DNA of 64,000 nucleotides from Alphaproteobacteria bacterium (GCA_021732145.1 JAKFVN010000005.1:7019-71018); one strand, 5' to 3'. Counted from the first letter of the stretch, positions 1 through 11,575 are shown. Notes: generated from the letters alone by a model not told the origin. Translations and numbers: made by a program.

Positions 1-955
1 TGCCCCAATCAGCTTGTTCAGCTTTCTTCACGCGCGCATCGATGGATTGAATGGCATCATCGCCGCGCACTTCGCAGCCCGCATCCAGCAATGCTGTGAT
101 GGATGCGGTGGCAATGGTTTTCAGCGTGCTGGCTTCAAACAGCAGGCATTCCACCGCGCCGCAAATGCTGCAACGGCGCATCTTTGCGTTTTGAATAATG
201 GCCTTCGCCTTTTCGCCATCGGCGTTGGCATCCACATAAATGTGATTCACGCCTTCATACTGGCGCAGCAAGGGGATTTTGCTTTCGCGTTCGACGCGTT
301 CAATGAGTTCGCGCCCACCACGTGGCACAATCACATCCACATATTGGCTCATGGTGAGCAGCGCGCCGACCGCAGCGCGGTCTGTTGTAGGCACCAATTG
401 AATAGCAGTTTTTGGCAAGCCGCTTTCGCTGAGACCTTCTTGCAGGGCATTGGCAATTGCCAGTGAACTTTCAAAACAATCCGAACCGCAGCGCAAAATA
501 ATCGCGTTACCTCCGCGCAGCGCAATGGATGCAGCTTCTGCTGTTACATTCGGGCGGCTTTCGTAAATCATACCAATGACGCCAAGGGGCGCGGAGACGC
601 GCTGGATTTTCAAACCGTTTGGGCGCGCCCATTCTTCCAGAACTTTTCCAACAGGGTCGGGTTGCTTCGCCACTTCCTCCAACCCCTTCGCAATTCCTTC
701 GAGCCGTTCGGGGGTGAGGGTGAGGCGGTCAACCATCGCCTTGCTAATCGTGGTTTGGCCGCGCGCAACATCAAGCGCGTTGGCTTTTAAAATCGCATCC
801 TTATTACTGCGAAGTTTTTGCGCGCAGATTTGCAGGGCTTTGGTGCGCTGCGCAGCGGTCGCGTTGGCAAGCAAAGGCAGGGCAGCCTTGGCATTTAAAC
901 CAATCGCTTCCAATTCCTTTACCCAGTCCGTTGTGTCTTTTGTTGCTGTTTGCAT
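1..955 (-). CDS. proA: gamma-glutamyl phosphate reductase (3' end runs off the window)
   Basis: Manual minus-strand translation from ATG at 955: MQTATKDT...DRLTLTPERL...PLGVIGMIYESRPNVT...GNAIILRCGSD...VDVIVPRGG; lies downstream of proB. Confidence 0.93.
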   Translation of the reverse strand, partial: MQTATKDTTDWVKELEAIGLNAKAALPLLANATAAQRTKALQICAQKLRSNKDAILKANALDVARGQTTISKAMVDRLTLTPERLEGIAKGLEEVAKQPDPVGKVLEEWARPNGLKIQRVSAPLGVIGMIYESRPNVTAEAASIALRGGNAIILRCGSDCFESSLAIANALQEGLSESGLPKTAIQLVPTTDRAAVGALLTMSQYVDVIVPRGGRELIERVERESKIPLLRQYEGVNHIYVDANADGEKAKAIIQNAKMRRCSICGAVECLLFEASTLKTIATASITALLDAGCEVRGDDAIQSIDARVKKAEQADWG

Positions 956-965
956 AAGGCATAAT

Positions 966-1574
966 TTAGAGCCCCGCGCGGTACTTTTCCAGCGCCTTTT
1001 GCAATGCTTCCGGGCTTATTCCAAGGGGTTCCGGGTCAATCACGAGGACATTTTCGCGTTCCACGAGAGATTTGACCTGCGCCACATCATTTTCTTCCGA
1101 TGGTTCATAAAGCCATGTGATGGGCGGGGCGAGCTTGGTATGCACGCGGATTTCATAGGTCGTCTGTTCAATCGACTGTTTTTTGAAGGTGGTATTGGTT
1201 TTTAATTCAACCGATGTGACATACGTCCACGGAATAATCCAGCCATTGCGGCGCACATCATATTGCAGTTTTTGCGCGGTGATGGCGATAACCGGTTTGC
1301 TGTCATCAATCGCGCGGAATGCTTCGGCTTTTTGATGCAGCATGAATGCGCCAATGCCGCACATGATGGCCAGCGCGAGCGCGATGAGTGAACGTTTGGC
1401 AGCGCCAAATAACCCCAATGTGCAGAACAGGTAATAAACGCAGGCCGTTGCGGCAAGAATGGCGGCGATGGTTAAGCCGGATTTGCCGATTTGAATGGCA
1501 GTGGCATCGCTGAAAAACTGCGCATCGGAACCTGGTCTTAAATTCTCAAGAACCTGAACTGTGCTGTTATCCAT
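966..1574 (-). CDS. hypothetical membrane protein (two predicted TM segments)
   Basis: 202-aa ORF filling the proB-proA gap, with two hydrophobic stretches. Confidence 0.7.
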   Translation of the reverse strand: MDNSTVQVLENLRPGSDAQFFSDATAIQIGKSGLTIAAILAATACVYYLFCTLGLFGAAKRSLIALALAIMCGIGAFMLHQKAEAFRAIDDSKPVIAITAQKLQYDVRRNGWIIPWTYVTSVELKTNTTFKKQSIEQTTYEIRVHTKLAPPITWLYEPSEENDVAQVKSLVERENVLVIDPEPLGISPEALQKALEKYRAGL

Positions 1575-1582
1575 ATATTGCC

Positions 1583-2719
1583 CTATTTATTCATAACCAT
1601 GTTGTCGCGGTGAATCATTTCCTCCTGTCCTGCATAACCCAGCAGGCGTTCAATATCATCGCTGCGCTTGCCGCAGATTTTATCGGCCTCATCACGGTCG
1701 AACGCAATCAACCCGCAGCCAACGCTGTGGCCGGAGAGTGTTTTAATCGCAACGGCATCGCCCGCAACAAAACTTCCTTCGCAGGATTTAACGCCCGCCG
1801 GCAAAAGGCTGCGCCCGTCTTGCAACGCTTTGGCCGCGCCATCATCGATGATGATTGCGCCTTTCATGCTCATATGCGCGGCAATCCAGCGCTTGCGCGC
1901 TGCCAACGGAGTGGTGGACGGCGTGAACCATGTGCAACGCAATGTGCCTTCATCCAGTTTGCGTAATGGATTTTCTTCCGTGCCTTTTAAAATCGCCATG
2001 CGGCAGCCAGAGGTAACCGCGATTTTTGCCGCCATGATTTTGGTTTTCATGCCGCCGCTGCTGACCCCCGGTTGTGGGTCGCCCGCCATCGCTTCGATAT
2101 CAGTGGTAATTTCTTTTACTTCGGGAATAAAGGTGGCGGATGGGTTGGTTTTGGGGTCTGCCGTATAAAGCCCATCGATATCCGATAATAATATAAGCGT
2201 ATCGGCGCTCATCATCTGCGCAACACGCGCGGCGAGGCGGTCATTATCACCAATGCGGATTTCAGCGGTGCTGACAGTATCGTTTTCATTGATAATCGGC
2301 AGCGCATTGAGCTTTAAAATTTTTTCAATCGCGCCGCGGCAGGTTAAATGGCGCTGGCGGTCTTCGGTATCATCCAAGGTCAGCAGCACTTGCGCGGTGA
2401 GGGTGTTACTGCCTTTAAAAACTTCTTCCCATGCTTGCATCAAAATGGGTTGGCCAACGGCGGTTGCCGCCTGTTTTTCTTCCATGCTTAAATTGCGTTT
2501 GATTTTATCGCGCGATAAACCAACAAGGCTGCGGCCCAGTGCGCCAGCGCCGGATGTGACAATAATCACTTCGCGGCCTTTGGTGCGCCAACCTGCGATG
2601 TCGCTGGCCAAGGCCTTCATCCATGCAAGGCGCGCCTTGCCGTCGCCGTCAGCAATAAGTGCGGAGCCAATTTTGATGATGATGCGGTGGGCGTTATTCA
2701 ACACGTTCAAAACCTTCAT
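1583..2719 (-). CDS. proB: glutamate 5-kinase with C-terminal PUA domain
   Basis: IIIKIGSAL, INENDTV, GDNDRLAA, LLSDIDGLY, GGMKTKI, IHRDNMV motifs. Confidence 0.97.
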   Translation of the reverse strand: MKVLNVLNNAHRIIIKIGSALIADGDGKARLAWMKALASDIAGWRTKGREVIIVTSGAGALGRSLVGLSRDKIKRNLSMEEKQAATAVGQPILMQAWEEVFKGSNTLTAQVLLTLDDTEDRQRHLTCRGAIEKILKLNALPIINENDTVSTAEIRIGDNDRLAARVAQMMSADTLILLSDIDGLYTADPKTNPSATFIPEVKEITTDIEAMAGDPQPGVSSGGMKTKIMAAKIAVTSGCRMAILKGTEENPLRKLDEGTLRCTWFTPSTTPLAARKRWIAAHMSMKGAIIIDDGAAKALQDGRSLLPAGVKSCEGSFVAGDAVAIKTLSGHSVGCGLIAFDRDEADKICGKRSDDIERLLGYAGQEEMIHRDNMVMNK

Positions 2720-2778
2720 ATGAATAAGGTCTTGATACTGCCTTTAGATTCCAAATAAGGCAACTGCCAGCGAAGGTG

Positions 2779-3300
2779 CTATTTCGCGATATTCACGGCA
2801 TTGCGCACCAGCTTCAGCAGCTTGGCGGGCTGCACATTCACGCCTGCATTATAGGATTCCCTGAAATAGGTCTGTGCGATGACACGCCATGCAATGAGCC
2901 GTTCTTCTTTTTCCGCGGCGGGCAGGGTAATCAGCTCATAGCCCGCGCCCTGCATTTCTGCAAGGAAAGTGTTGGTGGAAGAAGTGGGCCATGTATCCGC
3001 ATCAATATCCTGAATGGTCAGGCGGTATTTTTTTCCGTAGATGAGAAAAATATTGATGTAGGCTTCACGCCCCGTGAGCTGATACGCGCCAAGATTATAG
3101 GCAGCGCACATCGCCGCGATTTGCTTGCGCGTGGGCGGCGACAACGCTTCGCCTTCGGGCGAAAGACCCGCACCCGTACAAAGCTCCGTTTTCATTTCAG
3201 TGAACGTATCGGTATTCGTCCAGCTTTTTACATGCCCGACGATATAGATGATACTGATGATGAGGACGAGCCAAAGGAAGAATTTTAGTAAATCGAGCAT
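2779..3300 (-). CDS. hypothetical protein with N-terminal membrane anchor
   Basis: 173-aa ORF between obgE and proB on the same strand, hydrophobic N-terminus. Confidence 0.65.
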   Translation of the reverse strand: MLDLLKFFLWLVLIISIIYIVGHVKSWTNTDTFTEMKTELCTGAGLSPEGEALSPPTRKQIAAMCAAYNLGAYQLTGREAYINIFLIYGKKYRLTIQDIDADTWPTSSTNTFLAEMQGAGYELITLPAAEKEERLIAWRVIAQTYFRESYNAGVNVQPAKLLKLVRNAVNIAK

Positions 3301-3348
3301 GGGGGTACGCTAATCCACCCCGTATAAATAACGTATATGTTCTTGAGG

Positions 3349-4422
<1,074 letters not shown>

Positions 4423-4434
4423 TTAAAGGCGCGA

Positions 4435-4689
4435 TTAAGCAGCCTTAATGCTTACATACTTCTTGCCACCCTTACCGGTGTGGAATTCTACGCGGCCAGT
4501 GATGAGCGCGAATAGTGTGTGATCCTTACCCATGCCAACATTGTCTGCCGGGTGAACATCGGTACCGCGTTGACGCAGGATGATGTTGCCTGCAAGTGCA
4601 ACTTCGGAACCAAAACGCTTTACGCCCAAACGGCGACCAGCTGAATCGCGGCCATTTCGTGAACTACCGCCTGCTTTTTTATGTGCCAT
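4435..4689 (-). CDS. rpmA: 50S ribosomal protein L27
   Basis: [24 protein letters not shown]. Confidence 0.98.
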   Translation of the reverse strand: MAHKKAGGSSRNGRDSAGRRLGVKRFGSEVALAGNIILRQRGTDVHPADNVGMGKDHTLFALITGRVEFHTGKGGKKYVSIKAA

Positions 4690-4722
4690 GACTTAATCTC
4701 CTGAAAACCCTGATTGATTTGA

Positions 4723-5037
4723 TTACGCGCTCTTGATGCCGGTGATGCGCAGAACGGTGAGATTCTGGCGGTGACCGTTCTTGCGGCGGTAATTTTGACG
4801 GCGCTTTTTCTTGAACACGATGACTTTATCGTCCTTCTCGTGGCGCACAACTTCGGCGCTTACGCTTGCGCCCTTAACGGTCGGGTTGCCAGAAGTGGTC
4901 TTGGAAGCATCGGCAACCAGCAGAACTTCTTTCAGTTCAATGGTCTTGCCTGCTTCAACGTCCAGCTTTTCAACGCGCAGAACATCGTCTTGCGCAACTT
5001 TGTATTGCTTGCCGCCAGTTTGAATAATCGCGAACAT
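4723..5037 (-). CDS. rplU: 50S ribosomal protein L21
   Basis: [14 protein letters not shown]...[15 protein letters not shown]; start trimmed to the MFAII methionine. Confidence 0.97.
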   Translation of the reverse strand: MFAIIQTGGKQYKVAQDDVLRVEKLDVEAGKTIELKEVLLVADASKTTSGNPTVKGASVSAEVVRHEKDDKVIVFKKKRRQNYRRKNGHRQNLTVLRITGIKSA

Positions 5038-5183
5038 GATACCTAATCCTAATCCAAAAATAAAAAAACCAGCTTTACGTCCGTGGAAATCCACGGGGTT
5101 TAAAGCTGCCTGAACTCTTTAGCGTGCTGTTTTGTAGTGGATTGGGTGGGGCTTTGTCAAATAAATAGCAGGTTCTTAATGGC

Positions 5184-7034
5184 TTATTTTGAGCCGTTTT
5201 TACCAATAAAATCAGCCAAAGCCGCTTTAACGCGGGCTAATACTTGGCTCCAATCGCCTGCGTTTTCCTGCCGGAACAGGCGCATGGTGGGGTACCACGG
5301 GCTGTCATCCCGCCCCAATAGCCAGCGCCAATCGGGGTTTTTGGTGATTAATGTCCAGACGGGCAGCCCAAGGGCCCCCGCCAAATGGGCCGGCGCGGAA
5401 TCGATGGTGATGAGTAAATCGAGCTCCGCCAGCGTCGCGGCAGTGTCCGCCAGATTTTTGATGTTGGGCGCAATATCCAGCACACCGAATTTTTGCATGC
5501 GCTGCGCATCACCTTCCTTCGGCTGATATTGCAGCGAATAAAACGTCATGCCCTTCATTCCCAAAATATCATCCCACATTTCAAAAGGTATCGAGCGTTC
5601 ATGGTCACGCTTATGCATGGGATTGCCCGCCCATACCAAACCAATTTTGATACCGCTGCCTTGCAGTTTAAATTTTGGGTCGCCCTTTTTGGGATTAGGC
5701 AAATAAGGAACATTGCCAGGAATGTTATTCAAACCGGTGCCGAGCATGCCGGGCAAATCCATCGTGCCGCACACCGCATCCACTTCCGGTGGAACGGTTT
5801 TATCTTCCACATTCCATGAGACAACTTTATCCGCGCCATCCCAATTTTCTAAAAGCGAATACAAAACCGGACGGACATAGGCATAAACCTTCGCGCCGCG
5901 TGCGCGCAGAATGGGCACATAGCGCAGCATGTGAATGGTATCGCCAAAGCCTTGCTCTTCCTGAACCAGAATAGTTTTACCTGCGGGATTGCTGCCATCC
6001 CATACTTCGCCGTTCATGCGCATGGCCTTGAATTTTTCCATCGCGGCCCAGCGCCAGCGATAGCGGCGGAAGCCTTCATGCAATTGGCCCGCGACCAATA
6101 AATTCATGGAACGGTTCCACGGCGCAGACAATTCGGTGGGGTTCAGCATAAACGTCTGGCTGTAATAATCATCCGCATCATCAAACTTGCATTGATTGAG
6201 CGCGAGGGAGCCGAGCGTGACGGAAACATCAGCAAGGTCGGGTTCCAATGTGAACAGCGTGCGCAAAATATAACTCGCCTTCGCATTATCGCCCTTCAGC
6301 AAATAACTGGTGCCAAGGGAAAAGATGCAATTGCGGATGCGTTCATCCTTGGTGTTCATCGAATACGCGTCCGACAGATAATCAATAATCCCGTCTTCCT
6401 TCAGGCCCAGAATTTGCTGCGCGGAACGCTGCGCGGCATCGAACATGGTTGGCTGGTCGTTATGTTCAATCGCGATGTCGTAAAGGCTGAACAGCATTTC
6501 AGAATGTTCGGGGTGGAGTTTTAAGCCCAGTTCCAGTTGCTGCTTTGCGGATTTATAATCCAAAAGCGCGCTATATATATGTGCAAGGTTGTTATGGGTA
6601 AGGGCGTGCGTGCTATCGATGCTTAGCACTTTCGCATAGCTTTCCTTGGCTTCCTTATACTTTTTCTGCTCACGCTGGGCATTGCCAAGATTGTAATATG
6701 CCTCCACCCAATCGGGCATCAGCCGCGCGGCGTTTTGAAATGCATTTTCGGCCAAGGCAAAGCGTTTTGATTTTTGACAGGCATTGCCAAGATAGAAATA
6801 GAAAAGACCGGAGTTACTATCAATCGCAATCGCTTGCTTGATATAATCAATCGCTGCATCATATTCTTTTTTATCGCAGAGCAGGGAGCCAAGCAGCGCG
6901 AGCGCATCCGCATTTTTTGGTTCAAATTTTAAAATGAGACGATAGCCGTTTTCGGCCTCGTTCAACTGGCCGGATTGATGCAACGCTGTTGCGCCTTTTA
7001 ATAATCCGCTTGTTGAAGATTCAGGCGCGCTCAT
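5184..7034 (-). CDS. TPR-repeat protein with C-terminal glycosyltransferase family 9-like domain
   Basis: N-terminal TPRs (YYNLGNA), EQGFGDTIHMLRY, IGLVWAGNP, LDLLITIDSAPAHLAGALG, DWRWLLGRDDSPWYPTMRLFRQ. Confidence 0.9.
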   Translation of the reverse strand: MSAPESSTSGLLKGATALHQSGQLNEAENGYRLILKFEPKNADALALLGSLLCDKKEYDAAIDYIKQAIAIDSNSGLFYFYLGNACQKSKRFALAENAFQNAARLMPDWVEAYYNLGNAQREQKKYKEAKESYAKVLSIDSTHALTHNNLAHIYSALLDYKSAKQQLELGLKLHPEHSEMLFSLYDIAIEHNDQPTMFDAAQRSAQQILGLKEDGIIDYLSDAYSMNTKDERIRNCIFSLGTSYLLKGDNAKASYILRTLFTLEPDLADVSVTLGSLALNQCKFDDADDYYSQTFMLNPTELSAPWNRSMNLLVAGQLHEGFRRYRWRWAAMEKFKAMRMNGEVWDGSNPAGKTILVQEEQGFGDTIHMLRYVPILRARGAKVYAYVRPVLYSLLENWDGADKVVSWNVEDKTVPPEVDAVCGTMDLPGMLGTGLNNIPGNVPYLPNPKKGDPKFKLQGSGIKIGLVWAGNPMHKRDHERSIPFEMWDDILGMKGMTFYSLQYQPKEGDAQRMQKFGVLDIAPNIKNLADTAATLAELDLLITIDSAPAHLAGALGLPVWTLITKNPDWRWLLGRDDSPWYPTMRLFRQENAGDWSQVLARVKAALADFIGKNGSK

Positions 7035-8863
7035 GCTGCGATTGCCTTGCTATTCTGGAATTCGAGAAGCGATTGCTGGACTTGTTTTAAGACAGGTGCC
7101 CAATCGCCCGAAACCGTTTGGCGGAACAGGCGCATGGTGGGGTACCACGGGCTGTCGGCTCTACCTAATAAATAGCGCCAATCGGCATCAACCGTTAGTA
7201 ATGTCCACACCGGCAGGCCCAGCGCGCCAGCCAAATGGGCGGGCGCGCTATCCACCGTTATCAGCAAATCAAGTTCAGCCAATGTCGCAGCACTGTCGGC
7301 CAACGTGTTGATTTTCTGTGCAAGATTGATGACACCGTATTGCTTCATCGTCTGCATATCTTTTTGTTCCGGTTTGAACTGCAAGCCATAAAAAGTGAAC
7401 CCTTGCATCGCCGTAATGTCTTTTAAAAGTTCAGGCGAATATGACCGCGCAAAGTTGCGTTTATGCGCAGGGTTGCCTGACCAGACGAGGCCAATTTTGA
7501 GGCCAGCACCTTCCAGCTTGTATTTTGCATCTCCCTTTTTGGGGTTGGGAATATAAGGTGCGTTTGCCGGAAGATTATTCATGGTGATGCCAAGATAACC
7601 CGGCAAATCCATCACGCCGCAGGCGCAGTCAACCTCCGGTGGAACATTTTTATTGTCGGCTTTCCATGACACAACTTGGCTTGGGCCATCCCAACCTTCC
7701 AATAGCGAATAAAGTTCCGGGCGCACATAAGCGAGCACATTCGCGCCGCGTTCTTTCAACAGCGGCATGAAGCGCAGCATTTGAAGAGTGTCGCCAAAGC
7801 CTTGCTCTTCCTGAACGGCAATCGTCTTGCCGTTTGGATTTTCGCCGTCCCAGCGTTCCACGTTTAAACGCATGCGCTTATATTTTTCCATCGCCGACCA
7901 GCGCCAGCCATAACGGCGGAACCCTTCCTGCAAATTGCCGTTAATCAGCAATGACATGGAACGGTTCCACGGCGCATCAATCTGCGCAGGGTTCATCATG
8001 AAGGTTTGCGCGTAATAGCAATCCGCCAGTTCCGGATTGTTGCGCGATAGCTGGACGGAACCCAGCATCAACTGCACTTCTTCCAAATCGGGTTCGTGTT
8101 GGTTGATTAAGCGCAGCACATAGCTGGCGCGTTGCAAATCAACGGTCAGGAAATAACTGGCCGCCACCGCCAGCAAACAATTGCGCGTTTGTTCATCGCG
8201 TGTATCCAGTTTGGGAATGCTTTCCAGATAATCGATAATATCCATGCCATTTGGCACGCCCAGTTTGATGCGCGCAATGCGCTGCGCGGCATCGAACGCG
8301 CCAAGGAAATCATTGTGTTCCAGCGCAATGTCATGCGCGCTGAACAGCAATTCCAGATTGGCAGGTTCCATCTTCAGCGCCATGTGCAATTGCGTTTTGG
8401 CGGATGGGTAATCGCTTAATTCGCTATACACCTGTGCCAGATTATTGTGGCATTGGATATGGCGCGGGGATTGTTGCAGCGCTTTCTTGTAGCTTTCCTT
8501 GGCAAAGGCGGGTTTGCCCAGTTTGCGTTGCGCATTGCCAAGATTATAAAGCGCGGCATCCCATTTCGGGGCGTAAGTGGTTGCTTTGGTGAACGAAGCT
8601 TCCGCGCTCACCACATCGCCCGATTTTTCATAGGCATTGCCGAGATGAAAATGAAACAGCGGTGCCTTCGCATCGATGGTGAGCGCTTGTTTAATCAGAG
8701 CAATCGCGTCTTGATGTTGGTTTTTGTACGAGAGGACGGAACCAAGCAGCGCCATGCCATCCGCATTGCGCGGTTCCTGATGCAGTAACAGACGATACGC
8801 GTTTTCCGCGTCATCCATCATGCCAGCTTGATGCAGGGCCATAGCACTCTGAAGTATATTCAT
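7031..8863 (-). CDS. TPR-repeat protein with GT9-like domain (tandem paralog of 5184..7034)
   Basis: Same architecture and motifs (EQGFGDTLQMLRF, SPWYPTMRLFRQ); 4-nt overlap with its paralog. Confidence 0.9.
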   Translation of the reverse strand: MNILQSAMALHQAGMMDDAENAYRLLLHQEPRNADGMALLGSVLSYKNQHQDAIALIKQALTIDAKAPLFHFHLGNAYEKSGDVVSAEASFTKATTYAPKWDAALYNLGNAQRKLGKPAFAKESYKKALQQSPRHIQCHNNLAQVYSELSDYPSAKTQLHMALKMEPANLELLFSAHDIALEHNDFLGAFDAAQRIARIKLGVPNGMDIIDYLESIPKLDTRDEQTRNCLLAVAASYFLTVDLQRASYVLRLINQHEPDLEEVQLMLGSVQLSRNNPELADCYYAQTFMMNPAQIDAPWNRSMSLLINGNLQEGFRRYGWRWSAMEKYKRMRLNVERWDGENPNGKTIAVQEEQGFGDTLQMLRFMPLLKERGANVLAYVRPELYSLLEGWDGPSQVVSWKADNKNVPPEVDCACGVMDLPGYLGITMNNLPANAPYIPNPKKGDAKYKLEGAGLKIGLVWSGNPAHKRNFARSYSPELLKDITAMQGFTFYGLQFKPEQKDMQTMKQYGVINLAQKINTLADSAATLAELDLLITVDSAPAHLAGALGLPVWTLLTVDADWRYLLGRADSPWYPTMRLFRQTVSGDWAPVLKQVQQSLLEFQNSKAIAA

Positions 8864-8905
8864 AAAATGAATCTACACCGCGCTTAACCGCACGAAAACG
8901 TGATT

Positions 8906-9805
8906 CTATCGGGCGGCGTGTTCGCGGCGGGGAACGTCGGCTGTCGTGTCGGCAATGGTCACGATTTCAATGCTTTGTTCATTGCGCGCTTTATAGCGGG
9001 TTTGCAGCCACATCACGCCGAATAAATCCATGATGCTGTCCAGTGCGCGTTTGAAATTGGTGTATTTCGATTGGCCGTGCGTGCGCTGGCGGTCATTGAC
9101 CGGAATATAAACGACATCATGCCCATACAGTTTGAACAAGGTGGGTTCATAACGGTGGATATTATCGAAATAGGGAAGGGCCAAATACGCATCGCGGCGG
9201 AATACTTTTAATGCGCAGCCGGTATCGGGGCAGTCGTCTTGCAATAATGCGCGGCGAACTGCATTGGCGAATTTGCTGGCGATGCGTTTGGAACCTGTTG
9301 CAGCGCGGTTCACGCGCACGCCGGAAACCAGAATGTTCTTATATGGATTGCTTTCCAGCGCAGTGGAAAGAAGGCGCGGAATATCGGCAGGGTCATTTTG
9401 CCCGTCGCCATCCATCGTAATAATCCATTCGCCGCGCGCATGACGAATGCCCGTCCACACGCCCTGGCTTTTTCCATAACGCGCCTGATGGCAGATAAGG
9501 CGGATGTTTGGGAAGCGGCGCATCGCGGTTTGAATTTCATCCGCTGTCGGGTCAGCGCTGTGGTCATCCACGAAAATGATTTCATAATTATTCTTTGTCC
9601 CATCTTTTTTAAAAAGAGGCAGGGTTTCCAAAACAGTGGTGATTTCCTGCGCCAGCGGCAGAATATTTCCCGCCTCATCCGCTACGGAAATAACAACCGA
9701 TACCAAACGGTCATGCGCTGCCCCGTTATGTGAAGGCGGAAAACCGGGGCGGTTTAATTGATGGGTTAAGGATTGAAAGGGGGCCATTTTATTTGACATG
9801 GTCAA
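8906..9805 (-). CDS. glycosyltransferase family 2 (polyprenol-phosphate glycosyltransferase-like)
   Basis: EIIFVDDHSAD, ITMDGDGQNDPADIP, DTGCALKVFRR; exact start uncertain. Confidence 0.9.
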   Translation of the reverse strand: MTMSNKMAPFQSLTHQLNRPGFPPSHNGAAHDRLVSVVISVADEAGNILPLAQEITTVLETLPLFKKDGTKNNYEIIFVDDHSADPTADEIQTAMRRFPNIRLICHQARYGKSQGVWTGIRHARGEWIITMDGDGQNDPADIPRLLSTALESNPYKNILVSGVRVNRAATGSKRIASKFANAVRRALLQDDCPDTGCALKVFRRDAYLALPYFDNIHRYEPTLFKLYGHDVVYIPVNDRQRTHGQSKYTNFKRALDSIMDLFGVMWLQTRYKARNEQSIEIVTIADTTADVPRREHAAR

Positions 9806-9914
9806 TATATAATAACCGAAATATGAAATTACTAGGGCAATAGGCGGTAAAACGGGAACTTATGGGCTTGCAAAGAGTCCTGTTTTTGATTAGGTTGCGG
9901 CCTCTTAAAAAGTT

Positions 9915-9991
9915 GCACCCGTAGCTCAACTGGATAGAGCATCTGACTACGGATCAGAAGGTTAGAGATTCGAATTCTCTCGGGTGCACCA
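9915..9991 (+). tRNA. tRNA-Arg(ACG)
   Basis: GCACCCG...CGGGTGC-A-CCA cloverleaf, anticodon arm CTGAC-TACGGA-TCAG, T-loop TTCGAAT. Confidence 0.97.
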
Positions 9992-10027
9992 TTTCCATTG
10001 AACAACTTGCATCGTTACAAAAGCGGT

Positions 10028-10059
10028 TTGTGCTATTCAAATCGACTTGTGCTATTCAA
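10028..10059 (+). repeat. tandem TTGTGCTATTCAA motifs (10028..10040, 10047..10059), further copy 11451..11464, inverted core 11517..11524; putative integrase arm-type sites
   Basis: Motif clusters just inside both att repeats. Confidence 0.6.
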
Positions 10060-10379
10060 TTGCTTTTTGGTGTAATTTTTCTCAATAAAATCAAATAGCC
10101 TTAAAGGCAAAATCTGTGAAATACAGATGCTCTAAATTTCCGTATAAAAGTTCGTTTGAACGAGTTGTTTAATGGTGTGCCTTACAAAGCACAATCTGTA
10201 GTCGGTTAGACTGCATGCAAAGGCATCCTTAAAACCCATTTAATTTGAGGTTTTTGATATCTTCTAAAGAAAAGTTAACTGGACGCTGTTTTTCTGCTCA
10301 GAATCTCAAAATATTTTTGGCTTTATAACTCAAATATGTATTACCATTTATTTATAAATAACCCGCGCCGTGCTGTGCT

Positions 10380-10556
10380 ATGACCCGTAAGATATCTCTA
10401 TTAAAAACACAGACCAGATCTCCGTTTGAGTATGCATACGATAAGTCTGGCTATGTTGTATTAGAAGGTTTAGTAAGAAGAGATGCTAATACTGGGCAAT
10501 TAATTGCTAAAGCTTCCAGAGTTCTAAAAGATCCACCTAAAAACAAAAAAAAGTAA
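10380..10556 (+). CDS. small basic hypothetical protein (58 aa), absent from the ORF track
   Basis: MTRKISLLKTQTRSPFEYAYDKSGYVVLEGLVRRDANTGQLIAKASRVLKDPPKNKKK; stops 7 nt before the HAD gene. Confidence 0.5.
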   Translation: MTRKISLLKTQTRSPFEYAYDKSGYVVLEGLVRRDANTGQLIAKASRVLKDPPKNKKK

Positions 10557-10563
10557 CTTAGCT

Positions 10564-11448
10564 ATGCCAAACATCGCAATCGTTTGGGATTTTGATGGCA
10601 CGTTGTCGCCTGATGATTCAACGACAAAAGTCGTGGAAACATTACAAGGCGATGGTAAGGGCGGTCCTTTTTGGGATTATATTCATTCTCTGCGTGGAGA
10701 TAAAAATGATCCAGCAGAATGGGAGCATATTTTAGCCATGGATGCTCCTATTTGGATGTATTCACTTTCTAGATTGGCAGTACAAAAAAAAGTTCCGCTC
10801 AATAAAGAATTCTTTCAAAAATTTGTACTACCAAAAATCAAATTATTTCCAGAAGTCCCAAGTTTTCTTAAGGCTATAAAAAAGCTGGAAGAAGCGCCTG
10901 AATTTAAAAAAGTGAATCTGGAAATACATCACTTTATTGTTTCGGCTGGTTTAAAAGAATTAATTGAACAAGTTTTTCCAGAAGGGCTTATTAAATGGAC
11001 CTTTGGATGTAGGTACACAGTTGTAATCGATAAGTTGCATCCAGATGAGCCAGAAAGCGTCCCTGTATTTTGTATGGATGAAACGGTTAAGACCAGATCG
11101 TTATTTGAAATATCTAAAGGCGCATTTTGCAATCCAGAAATAAAAGTTAACTCACGAGTTGAGGATTCAAAATTGTGGGCTTCGTTTAATAACTTCATAT
11201 ACATTGGAGATGGCGATACAGATATCCCAGCGCTTTCATTGGTCAGAAGCAAAGGTGGAATGGGGGTGGCGTTGTATAATCCCGATGCACCAAAAGAAAA
11301 AGTTAAAGCAAGGCACAAATCAATGAGGCTAGATAAAAGAGCTGATATGATAACTGCGGCAGATTTTTCATCGAGCGGCGAGCTTTTTTCCTTCATAAAA
11401 ACGCGATGCATGCAAATACGGTATAGATATGAAGCAGCGCAGAATTAA
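10564..11448 (+). CDS. HAD-superfamily hydrolase (islet cargo)
   Basis: Motif I WDFDGTLSP, motif II IVSAG, motif IV YIGDGDTDIP; AT-rich coding sequence. Confidence 0.88.
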   Translation: MPNIAIVWDFDGTLSPDDSTTKVVETLQGDGKGGPFWDYIHSLRGDKNDPAEWEHILAMDAPIWMYSLSRLAVQKKVPLNKEFFQKFVLPKIKLFPEVPSFLKAIKKLEEAPEFKKVNLEIHHFIVSAGLKELIEQVFPEGLIKWTFGCRYTVVIDKLHPDEPESVPVFCMDETVKTRSLFEISKGAFCNPEIKVNSRVEDSKLWASFNNFIYIGDGDTDIPALSLVRSKGGMGVALYNPDAPKEKVKARHKSMRLDKRADMITAADFSSSGELFSFIKTRCMQIRYRYEAAQN

Positions 11449-11575
11449 TCTGTGCTATTCAATTAAGACCAATCCAATACAAACAATGACTTAAACGGCG
11501 TAATATTGAAAATTTGTAGCACAAATTTTTTTGGCTATCCGATTGTAACAAAATAGATAATCAGCTTTTCGTAGG

